Shown here in pieces: positions 37,701 to 48,600 of a DNA stretch of 64,000 nt. Under the pieces are notes generated by a model. It was not told where the DNA came from, made no database searches, and was given only the letters and a program-made list of their open reading frames with translations. The DNA lies in contig OZ287074.1 in the NCBI GenBank assembly GCA_965645245.1, forward strand, positions 2,294,001-2,358,000. Reading direction: 5' to 3'. The first letter of the stretch is position 1. Every line of letters starts with the position of its first letter. The position numbers and the translations under genes are program-made. The DNA comes from Massalongia carnosa (taxonomy: Eukaryota).

Positions 37701-40085
37701 TGTGAAGGGATAAACTGGGTGGTGGCGAACGATAGAAGGATGAAACAAACAAACAAATGACCGAATCAACAGAGCCTCACTGCATCGATGAATTAATCGT
37801 CATGCCCATCAATGGCCGACTAGCTGTATGAATGAAAGTGTCTATGATAGCTGTATGTGTTGATAGCAGTATGATCCGAAGATGGATATCCCGAAAGATG
37901 AGAAGGAAAGTTTGAGAAAAAGACTCATATAACCGGAACGCCAAGACGCCAGCACCCGACCACATGACCAATCACCTGACTCATCACCTCACTTGCCACC
38001 GACCCGGTGGAGTTCCACTCCACCCCTCTACATAGGTCCCCGGTTGACATAGGTGTCGTCCCATGACACCGAGTCTAGACTTCGCTCCCCCGCATTTCTC
38101 CTTTCAGCTAGTCCATTAGACGTTCTTGTCTGTTCTAGCTCATGACCGCTGTGTCGAATCCCCAAGCATGATTGACCTCAACACCTGTCAATTTGCTAAC
38201 GTTATTCATGACACTAGCAATTTGTTTCCAGCCCTCAGGAGTTGAAACATATCGTACAAACCTCTTCTGATTGGCCGAGCAGTCCTGCTCTGACTGCTTG
38301 TAGTTAGCTCGTAGGTGAGGTGGTACGTACGCACCCGTCTGTCGCGGTTGGTCAGGGCCCATAAGCAAAGGTCCGAATACGCTGCGTTGAGGTATCGGGG
38401 TCGGAGATGTTGTTGACTGCTGATTTAACAGGCCGGGCCTGTTAAATGGAGTGGAGCTACTTTGTTCCGGCCATGATCTCTGCTGTTGCTGTTGCCGACG
38501 GTCCACTCTTGCCTGCCTGGCGCGTTCCGACTGCCATGGCCCCGATGGGAGCGGAGCAGCTGTCCGACGAAGAGGGGGCGTGGGCCCGGAAGTCTTGCTC
38601 GGTGGTGCTCTGCTTGCTAGTCGTCCGCTTGGTGAATGGGTCACACGGTTGGCTGAAACAGAGGCTTCAGAGCGGGGTGGAGGAGATGGGCTAGCTGAAC
38701 CACGTGTATCATGAGCCTTGTCACGATCGGTCTGCATGCGACGTTGAAGCACCTGATTCTTAAGTTCTAGCAAAATCTTTGCTCCCTCGTCCGTTTCTAG
38801 CATAAATTTTGCCAAGAGCGGGTCTAAATGCATCAGGGCTTCATTGACCGACATCTCCGTCATTCGGCTTATCGGAGTAACTAGCGCCATGGCCTTGATT
38901 AGAAGATAATCAAGCATCAGCGAGAATATTACGGTGTCGACAGCGGGCGAAGACGAAGCTGATTGATCAGAAGATGATGAATCAGGCATGATGATCGGTG
39001 CAGGCATGGCAGAATTGGTGGCTGGAACGGTGACAGGTGAATCAATAGGCTGAGCACCAGAAGTCTCACAGACGTCAGGGTTGATGTCGGTCATCCGGTC
39101 CTCTTCGGCCCGCGCTAGTGCAGTACCTAAATCAGAGTCTGAATACGAATATGCCATTTTTGGCCTTTCCAGCTCAGACGTAGAAGACTCGGTGATTGAC
39201 ACGGTGTCATGTGGCTCGGTCACAGGCTCGGTCGGCGGCGGACTAGTGGTGGGTGGTGTCATGGACGCTGCTTGGCAGTTGTTCAACCATTCCTCCATGT
39301 TCGCAACAGATATGATAGGTGCCACTAAGGCACACGAGTCGGATGATGACGTTGCTGCCCTGTTCGCGGTCGCAGCCGCACTTGCCCAGCAGCAGAAGGT
39401 GATGCACGAGGTGACGGCCGTCAGTGCAGCAAGGATGAGGATAAGCCAGTCCCAGGAATGTACATCTGGTTGGCAGGTCGTCGGTGATAGAATGGTGGTG
39501 GTGGTGGTGGTCGCGGTGATTAAAAGGGAAAGATGAATTGGGGCCATCGTGTGCTCGGCCCAGTGCTCAATTTTATACACTCTGTCGCGTACTCGGTCTC
39601 GGTCGCAGTCTCAGTGCTCGTGCTCGTGTCTCGTGTCTCGTGCCTCGTGTTCAGTGCTCAATTTCTAGCCTCGTGCTCGTGCTTAAGAGGTTAATGATGT
39701 TCAAATGTTCTTGCTCAGGTCCTACTACTTCCGATCGCACCGTGGTCGCCAAATGTGAAGGGATAAACTGGGTGGTGGCGAACGATAGAAGGATGAAACA
39801 AACAAACAAATGACCGAATCAACAGAGCCTCACTGCATCGATGAATTAATCGTCATGCCCATCAATGGCCGACTAGCTGTATGAATGAAAGTGTCTATGA
39901 TAGCTGTATGTGTTGATAGCAGTATGATCCGAAGATGGATATCCCGAAAGATGAGAAGGAAAGTTTGAGAAAAAGACTCATATAACCGGAACGCCAAGAC
40001 GCCAGCACCCGACCACATGACCAATCACCTGACTCATCACCTCACTTGCCACCGACCCGGTGGAGTTCCACTCCACCCCTCTACA
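37701..40085 (-). mobile_element. Young non-autonomous LTR element with 332-bp LTRs and a single orphan ORF
   Basis: LTRs at 37701-38032 and 39754-40085 (TG...CA) look identical. 4-bp TSD CCGT. PBS-like TGGCGACCAC next to the 5' LTR on the minus strand. Confidence 0.88.
38135..39580 (-). CDS. Hypothetical 481-aa protein: N-terminal hydrophobic/TM segment, S/T/P-rich linker, helical core, R/Q/P-rich region
   Basis: Long uninterrupted ORF filling the LTR element interior; no RT, protease, integrase or CCHC motif recognised. Confidence 0.6.
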   Translation of the reverse strand: MYKIEHWAEHTMAPIHLSLLITATTTTTTILSPTTCQPDVHSWDWLILILAALTAVTSCITFCCWASAAATANRAATSSSDSCALVAPIISVANMEEWLNNCQAASMTPPTTSPPPTEPVTEPHDTVSITESSTSELERPKMAYSYSDSDLGTALARAEEDRMTDINPDVCETSGAQPIDSPVTVPATNSAMPAPIIMPDSSSSDQSASSSPAVDTVIFSLMLDYLLIKAMALVTPISRMTEMSVNEALMHLDPLLAKFMLETDEGAKILLELKNQVLQRRMQTDRDKAHDTRGSASPSPPPRSEASVSANRVTHSPSGRLASRAPPSKTSGPTPPLRRTAAPLPSGPWQSERARQARVDRRQQQQQRSWPEQSSSTPFNRPGLLNQQSTTSPTPIPQRSVFGPLLMGPDQPRQTGAYVPPHLRANYKQSEQDCSANQKRFVRYVSTPEGWKQIASVMNNVSKLTGVEVNHAWGFDTAVMS

Positions 40086-40401
40086 CCGTCTGCATTGCCC
40101 GAGAGGACAGTATGCGCATGTTGGTGTATATAGAGCAGGGAATGTCTATCTTGCTCGTAACGAGACCCCATCGGTTCGCCAGCGCATGGGCTACGGCTAG
40201 ACTCGCCCTTGATATATGCTTAAGGAGTAAACTGGGTTTGACCTGGGCGAAAGGGACGTCGTTCACCCCAATTGAAGAATTCATCAATAGTATTGGGCCG
40301 TAAAACGCACCAGTGAGATGAACGAAAACTGGGATAGAGACTTCACGAAGGAGATGTCAACTCTATTTTATCATTCCTAGTCAGGTCACATCGAACACAG
40401 C

Positions 40402-41234
40402 AGAGAAAACACCGGGAACTCGTAAACGAGAATGGGTAACAAAGATGACGAAAGACGCACCGAAAACAGTTAAACTGGATCAACCCTCTCCCCCTCCCTG
40501 GACAACGATCGACGAGGCACAGAAGAGACAACGCACAGCGCAAGTAACGACGCAGAACCAACGAGACGGGATAATAAAGAAGCACTTTGAGAATCAGTGG
40601 ATCAACAAGTGGAAAGCATATCAAGCAAAACACACGTTATATCCCACGATCGCACAACAGGCGCCTATACACAGGAAAAGGCTTAACGCACACAAGTTAC
40701 TAGACAAAGCGCAAAGCTCACTAGCAACACAGATAAGAACGGAAAAAATCGGATTGGCCAACTTTCTATATCGGCGCAAGGTCCCAGGTGTGAACTCGGC
40801 GGCATGTCCCTGCGGAAGCCTCTTACAAACAGCCAAACATGTAATCATGTTCTGCAGACTGCACGAACACAGAACGCACATGCTACGAACGGCAGGCTCG
40901 TCAGACTACCGCAAGCTAATCACCGAACCCAAAGCTCTCAAAGTAGTAACCGCGTGGCTCATGCGCACAGGTATTTTAACACAGTATTCCATTGCCACGC
41001 AACTGCTTGAACAGCAGCCGGGCAGTCTCTCTTCAGTTTGAAAAACAGGTATCGCAGATTTTCGAGATACAGGAATCAATCCGCGGGAGCGGCGAACCCC
41101 CGATGAAGCGGATACGCAGGAGTAGTTTTTCACCTTTGGGTTTTCTACTTTTTACATAGCTTATATAGCATCTCCCGCATGGGCCGGCCTTCGGCCGGTG
41201 ACACAACGGCGTAAGAATAATCAAAGCAAATCAA
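40402..41234 (+). mobile_element. 5'-truncated Tad1-like LINE (family B)
   Basis: 12-bp TSD ATCGAACACAGC (40390-40401, 41235-41246) and (TCAAA)n-like tail. Sequence matches the 3' end of the copy at 60912-64000. Confidence 0.92.
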
Positions 41235-41246
41235 ATCGAACACAGC

Positions 41247-44200
41247 GGCCGAAACGATGGAAATCTATGAGGGACACAAAATCCCTCTCTATATTGCAGT
41301 ATAATGTCAGAAATGACAGAGTGAGTACTATGATACCTCTCTTAGCAGACACAAAAACCCAGGACTATGATATTATTGCAATACAGGAACCGTGGCGCAA
41401 TCCATCCGCCCCCACATCGCTTAGTTCTCATCAAAGCGGCTTTCACCTCCTATACTGCCCAGGAGGTGACGCCAGAGTGTGCTTTTATGTCAACGACCTA
41501 ATAGACACTGACAGCTGGGAGGTGGAATTCACCTCGGCCGACATGTGCACTTTGAAAATAAAGACCTACACCGAAGGCGTTATGGAAACAATTCACATTC
41601 CATAATGTGTATAACCCCTCTCCCGCTTCCTATTCATCCACTGACAGTCCCACGACCTTACCGGCGGCTCGGAGCATGCTTACCGCCGATGCGCATCACA
41701 TACTACTTGGAGATTTCAACCTGCATCATCCCTTTTGGAATGGTCCCTCAAGACCCACACAACACGCTGCTGCTGATCAATTACTAGAAGTAATCGATGA
41801 TCATAATCTTTCGTTGACACTGCCGAAAGGCACCGTAACATGGGAAGCAAGAAACACGTCTAGCACGATAGAATTGGTTTTCATGTCAGAATACCTAGTC
41901 GAAAGACTCGAACACTGCATGTCCAGACCAGAATTGAATCAATCGTCCGATCACGTGCCGATATCAACCCGCATCCTACTCGGAAGCGAGCCGCAACCGA
42001 AAATCAAACGCAGAGCATGGAAACTTCTAAACCTGGAAAAATTAAGTGAGGCCGAACGACACGCCCCTATACCGGAGTCTCCCCGTACCACTGCCGAGAT
42101 TGATGCGTACACGGAATCGATTCAAAAATTTCTACAAAATGTCATCAACGAAGCAGTTCCATGGGCAAAATCTAGCGAATATGCTAAGCCATTCTGGACA
42201 GAAGAATGCAGCATTGCCACCAAAGCCACACGGAAACTACGCCGCATATGGTCCAGCACGTTAGACCTAACGGACTGGTCTAACTATATGAAATCCAATG
42301 ATAAAAAACAGAAAATCATTCAAAAGGCAAAGAGAACAAACTTTCGTCAAGAAATCAATAAGGCCACCGAAACGCCTCAGGGACTATGGCGGCTATCGAA
42401 ATGGGCAAAAGACAAAAGTCATCAATCTAGAGAAATATCTAAAATGCCGATGCTAAAATTCAATGACCAAGTAGCAGACACGTTTGACCAAAAAGCCGAA
42501 ATGCTGAAAGGTGTCTTCTTTCCCGCACCACCACCGGCCGACCTAAGCGACATAGAAGGATCCTTCTATCCTACATCGCCGCACTGCCCAATAATCATCA
42601 CCAAGTCAGAAGTATCGACGGCCCTGAGTCGGCTCGAGTCCGATAAGACACCGGGCCCAGACGGCATATCTAACAGAATACTCAAAGCATGCAGCGAAAT
42701 ACTTGTCGAACTACTAACACCTCTGTTTCAGGCGTGCGTCACACACTCGTACCACCCGCGGGCCTTTAAAATGGCCAACACAATAGCGCTGAAAAAAATA
42801 GGCAAAGGAGACTATATCACGCCGAAAGCCTACCGACCAATTGCACTGCTCAACACGCTCAGTAAAGTTATGGAATCCATAATTGGATCGAAAATAACCT
42901 GTCTGGCGGAAAAACACCGGCTCCTACCCGATACACAGATGGGAGCAAGGAAGGGCAGATCCACAGAGTCAGCACTGGAACTGCTAACTGAACAGGTTCA
43001 CACGATTTGGGGACAGGGAAAAGACAAAGTTGCCACACTGCTAAGCATGGACGTCGCCGGCGCGTTCGATACGGTATCACATCAACGACTAACGCACAAC
43101 CTACGGAAAAGAAAAATTCCAAAATGGATCACCGACTGGTTAAACAGCTTTCTGAGCGATCGAAGCACCACTTTAGCAATAAATCGAAAAGTCACTGGGC
43201 GGTTTGCGGTAAGAACGGGTATCCCGCAGGGCTCTCCCCTGTCATCCATTCTTTACCTATTTTACAATGCAGATCTATTGGAAATATGTGATCGACCAGG
43301 CAAAAACACAAGTGCCATAGGATTCGTAGACGACGCAAACATTTTTGCATATGGAAAAAGCACCGAGGAAAACTGCAAAACTCTAGAGGCAATACACAGA
43401 CAATGTGAGACGTGGGCTTCCCGGCACGGGTCCATATTCGCTCCGACGAAGTACGAACTCATACACTTGTCCAGAATCCCAAAAGATTCAACATGACTGC
43501 AACCATCAATATTGCTAGCACCGAAATTGAACCTAAAACGGACATCAGAGTATTGGGCCTACAAATCGACACCAAATTGAAATGGGGACCGCACGTTCGC
43601 AAAACGCAAGAGAAAATGGTCAAACAATCCATGGCATTGACAAAATTTTCTACATAAACCTGGGGTGCCACCTTCGCCAAGGCAAGGCAGGTTTACAGTG
43701 CCGTGGTGCGTCCGGCCATGCCATATGGGTCAACCGTATGGCACATGCCTAAAGAAGTCAAAAAGTCAAAAACGTCAACGAGCAAGCTCTCCGTCATGCA
43801 AAACAATTGCCTTCGCACCATAGCCGGTGCCTTTAAAGCCACTCCCATCTTAGTACTAGAAGCAGAGACATTCATAGCGCCCATAGACACGCATCTCGAC
43901 ATGCTACAAGCACAGGCAAGGTACCGGCTCCGAGCCGGAGGCCAATTGAAGATCATCTCCTCCGCATGCAACAAAATAGCTGACAAACTTCGAGGCAAAG
44001 CAGGTCGCAAACGACTTCAAAAGCCCACCCCGGGAGAGCTGAAACACATCTGGGCCAAAAGCCTACTGATCGACTCAAAAATAGTTCAACCACCAAAGGC
44101 ACACCAACCATGGTTCGAAGTCTACCCGGCGTGGCACCGCGAAGCTACCGTTGCGGCAACGGCCCGACACAAACAGATGCAAACAATCAAAGCACGACAA

Positions 44201-44868
44201 ATGAAGGTCTGGAACGACTCGTAGTGTGCATATCAAAATCACGTCATCGAACCCTCCATAGCACAATCAGTCTCACTGAGCAAAAAACGGCTGAAAATAC
44301 ACACGCAGCTAAAAAAGGAAGAAAGCGCTCTAACAACTCAAATCCGCACTGGCAAGATCGGGTTAGCTGACTTCCTCTACAAGCGACGGGTGCCCTCCGT
44401 CACCTCACCGGCCTGCTCATGTGGCTGGCACAGACAAACTCCAGAACATGTAATCATGTTCTGCAGACTTATTGACAATAGAGAACAGATGTTTCGCGCC
44501 GCCGGCACGAGCGACTATCAGCAGCTGACCAAATCATCAAAAACTCTGAAGATACTAACTGCTTGGCTAATGAAAACAGGCTTATTGAATCAATTCTCAC
44601 AAGCATCAACATTATTGTAAAATCAACAATAGTTGAACCTTTCTTTCTTTCTTCTCTTTTCACAAGGCATTACAGTTTCCACACGTCTTTTGCACTGCGT
44701 CTCCCGCCCGACGTCGACACGTAGTCACATCGGACGGGTAGCAAGGGACATGGTTTTTACACCTGTGAAAGGTTTTCCATGTAACATAACTTAGATAGCT
44801 TTGCCCGCATGGGCCGGCCTACGGCCGGTGTCATATCGGAGTATGAATACATCATCATCATCATCATC
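41247..44868 (+). mobile_element. Tad1-like LINE (family C): ORF2 (APE endonuclease, RT, Cys/His motif) with frameshifts and stops, plus 3' UTR
   Basis: LQYNV, IAIQEPW, LGDFNLHH, SSDH, YRPIALL, GIPQGSPLS, FVDD and CSCG..HVIMFC. Confidence 0.92.
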
Positions 44869-44993
44869 AATAATATTTGCAAATGAGGTTGGAACTAAAG
44901 CAAATAGAGGTTGCAAATCATGATGAGACGGCGTCGCAAATAAGTTGTAAATAGGTGATAAAACTGGTGAAATTGGAAAAAATATAAAGCATT

Positions 44994-45360
44994 TGTCACG
45001 GAATCGCTTCGCACCCTCCCGCTTGTCCTGATCGGGTTAGTATTTAACAGGGCCCATTGCTCAATCCGTATCCATTCTCCACGTCTCCACTATCCAGTCT
45101 TATGACTGAGAGTGCTTCAGCACAGATAAAGGCGGGATAGGTCATAGCAATCATGTTAAGGAAATTAGTATAGGATCAGAGATAGGGCAAGTCGAGAATA
45201 GGAGAGTTGAAAGCCATGGCTATAAAGTCTATGTGGTTTCCCAGGTGTTTAGAGCTCTTCATCGGACGTCTTGTGTATTATTCTCAACTTCTAGTTTTAG
45301 CATATCTAGATATCCGTTCTGCGAGATAGAGTCTTGTGTCTCTCCAGCCCTCCCCTGACA
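44994..45360. mobile_element. Solo LTR
   Basis: TGTCA...TGACA termini with perfect GCATT TSD. Confidence 0.88.
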
Positions 45361-45689
45361 GCATTCCCTGTTAATAAATGAGAAGTTAGGATGTTCAGTT
45401 GATATCTATTGTATGAATAATAATAGCTAATGGTCGTAGGTTGCGGTCGAGAAGTGTCGCAAAAAGCTGCAAAATAGGTGGTAAACTGAAATTGAAACTA
45501 CGCAGACCGCTTTCCCCGACTAGAGGTGGTACACCTCGTATGGAGGCAGCTAAGCAAGGCCGACGACTACGCGATATCGGGAAATCGGAGGACCCGTGAA
45601 TTGGTCAAATAGTCGAATAATAGGCTACATTAGACAATTAGCCGAAATGTTCTAGGTACTGCGGATTGCGCCCATGTTTTTTTATTTAT

Positions 45690-48600
45690 TGTTAACCGAT
45701 TAGACCACACTAATTGGTAGGTGGCCTGCCAGTATCACCACTAATAGAAGTGTCACTCGGTTAGCAAGTGTTGCACTTAGTGAATGGCTGGCTACCGAGT
45801 ACACATAAAGGTAATGGGATAAGATAAAATAGATATTTAGCTAGAGATGATTTCTATCATCAACAATCATCCTAAATAAACAAGATCAATTTATCAAATC
45901 CAAAACGAGTCTCTTTAGAACGTAAAACCTACCTAAAAAATAAGCTGGAAAGCTTACGCATATCTAAGCGATAACCAGCTTGATAGTCATGAGCCCGGCA
46001 TCGCATCCCTCGTTCTAAAGAGCTTACAGTCGACCAAAGCAAGGCAGATAAATCGAGAAGATACCAAAACGGGCAAGATCAAAATTCCCTGCATCTAAAC
46101 TCGCATATCTACATCACCTCGCATAAAAAATTAAAAGCCAATCATGAGCTCCACACGGAAGATAGTGCTCGGTAAACCAGCAGATTGGGATACCTGGTTC
46201 TCATTCGTTCGGACTCGGGCAACAAATAGTGGGATCTGGAACCTAGTAAACCCAGAGACTACACCAAAGCCTTTAGATGTTCTACCGCCAATCAAACCGG
46301 TATTCATCCTACCAATAGATCCAAGCACATACGACCCAGCAGCCTATGAAGTCTTCAAAGTACAAACACATATCTACAAACTGCAGTTGGGGGAGTATGA
46401 AAAACAGCAAAAGGCGTACGCTGATCTTATCACGTTTATTCAAGAGACGGTGACAGTTCCGAACGCAACCTATATTCAAAAAGTAGATGCTCATCCATGG
46501 AACCTCCTTCGAGCCTTGAAAGAACGGTTGGCACCAAGCGACGAGGCTCGCTCGATCGAGATAGAGAACAAATATCACAAGCTTTGCAAAGGACCTGGCA
46601 AGCAAGATATGGAAACATGGATTGAAGAATGGCAGACGGTGTATGCCGAGGGAAAAGCATACGGAATCAGTGAAGTCTCAGGAACACAACCTATTCGTGA
46701 TTTCATTATGGCTATTCTCACCAAAGACGCTGCGTTTGCTAACACTTATCTGATTGGTTTATAGAATCGGAGAGAAGAAGAATTCTACGAAATAGTGGAG
46801 GAATTTCGCAGTTATATTCGAATGCATCAAACGCAAAAGATCGATCAAAACACGCATTCAGCCTTTGCATCCGAGAAAAAGAAGGAAGGACAAGGGCAAG
46901 GAGCGACATTCAATGGGCAAAAAACACCCCATCTATGTCTTTGCGGGATGATTCACTGGTATAACAACTGCTACTATCTAGTACCAGAGAAACGATCCTC
47001 AAACTGGTCTCCAAACCCTGCCACCCAAGCTCAAGTTAATGAGAAGATGAAAGATCCACAAACAAAAGCTAGGGTGGAAAGACTTCTTCAACGTTCCAAG
47101 CAAATGGATTTAAAAAAGGATAGAAACAATAAAAAGGCTACTGAGGAGAAGGAGCTCGGAATGTTTAAAACGATAAAAACCGCATCATCCTTCTCAGCAG
47201 ATAGCTACACGATCAGAGATTCATGGATATTGGATAACGGGTCTAACAGCCACGTGTGCAATAGCACCAAGAAAGAAAGATATTAATATCAACGAAACGC
47301 CGATGGAGAGTATCTTATTGCTGGCACACAACGCCTAGCAATAGAGGGCTATGGCACAATAAACATAACTGTGCCAACTCCATCCGGTCCCAAATCCATG
47401 ACTCTGTCAAACGTCGCATATGTTTCAGATTTCATGACTAATTTAGTCTCTCAAGATTTGCTCTATATCAAAGGGGTGTATTTTGATAATTGAAAACTTC
47501 ATCTTCATAGAGATGGAACTTCTATTGCTTACGTTAAACGCCACAACGGGCATTATCTCATGGAGGACAACACAGCAAAACAAGTATCAGCCTTTCCAGT
47601 TAAGAAGACGGAACTGGCTAACATCAAGACCGAAACAGCGCAGAAATGGCATCAAATCTTAGCACATGCCTCGAATGAAGCTATACAGCATCTCGAGACA
47701 TCCGCTAAGGGGGTGAAAATATCTAATGAGGAAGTTCCTAAGACAAATGAATGCGAGCCTTGTGCATTATCTAAAGCACATCGTATCGTATCTCGATCAT
47801 CGAAAAATGCAGAATCATCAAAAGAGCCTTTTTATCGCATCACATATGATCTCATGCAGCTCAACACTGCTATGAATAAAGATGAATGGGTCTCTCATTT
47901 CGCATGCCATGCAACCGATTTTAATATGATATTTACCCACGCTCACAAATCTGACGCTGCTAGGATAGTCAAAGAAGCTGTCAATATTATCGAGACTCGC
48001 TTTAAATCAAAAGTAGTTTATATTCGATCAGACGGAGAGCGTTCATTGGGAAATGAGTTCAAAGATCTGCTGATTGAGAAAGCCATTACCTATGAATCAT
48101 CAACACCCGATACCCCGGAGCAAAACGGTCACTCTGAACGAAAGGGAGGTATATTGGCCATGAAAGCTCGGGCAATGAGAATCGACGCTGGCCTACCAAT
48201 CTATCTTTGGCCAGAAATCATGCGCACCGCGGGTTATATAGCTAATCGAACACCTATGAGAAAGCATCAATGGAAAACTCCGTATGAGCTTGTCATAGGA
48301 AATCCACCCGATCTGAGTCATCTTCGCCGGTATGGGTGCAAAGCCTACACTTTAAATAAGCAAATTCCAAACAAACAAAAGCTACAAGAGCGTGCACATA
48401 TCGGTCATTGCGTGGGCTATGAAGCAAGGAATATCTTTCGGGTTTGGATACCTAGTCAACGAAAGATTATTCGCACAAGAGACTCGATGTTTGACGAAAG
48501 CACAAGCTAGGATGCTCATGATATTGATCTGTTGCTAGCAATCAAAGAACCAATGCTAGAAACAACCTACGAGCTTCATGATCTGGATCCTATCACACAA

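Larger units (their letters stand above)
36186..44868 (+). mobile_element. TSD-bounded chimeric retro-insertion: ~1.8-kb non-coding 5' module fused to a 5'-truncated Tad1-like LINE
   Basis: 12-bp TSD AATAATATTTGC at 36174-36185 and 44869-44880, (CAT)n tail at 44851-44868. ORF2 starts at ~41268 with no ORF1 body upstream. Confidence 0.75.
33499..45567 (+). mobile_element. Second, degenerate Fot1/pogo element expanded by nested insertions
   Basis: TIRs ATCGTCGGC... and ...GCCGACGAC with TA TSDs (33497-33498, 45568-45569). Broken transposase at 33840-36069 (LMDNHGTH, MQPLDMGVF) homologous to 8522-10534. Confidence 0.85.

Noticed and set aside
37290..40390. Group I/II intron, RNase P/MRP or telomerase RNA
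   Set aside because: I could not find a P7 GACTA/TAGTC pairing, a group II domain V, RNase P/MRP conserved boxes or a TAACCCTAA template; left as an unknown structured sequence.
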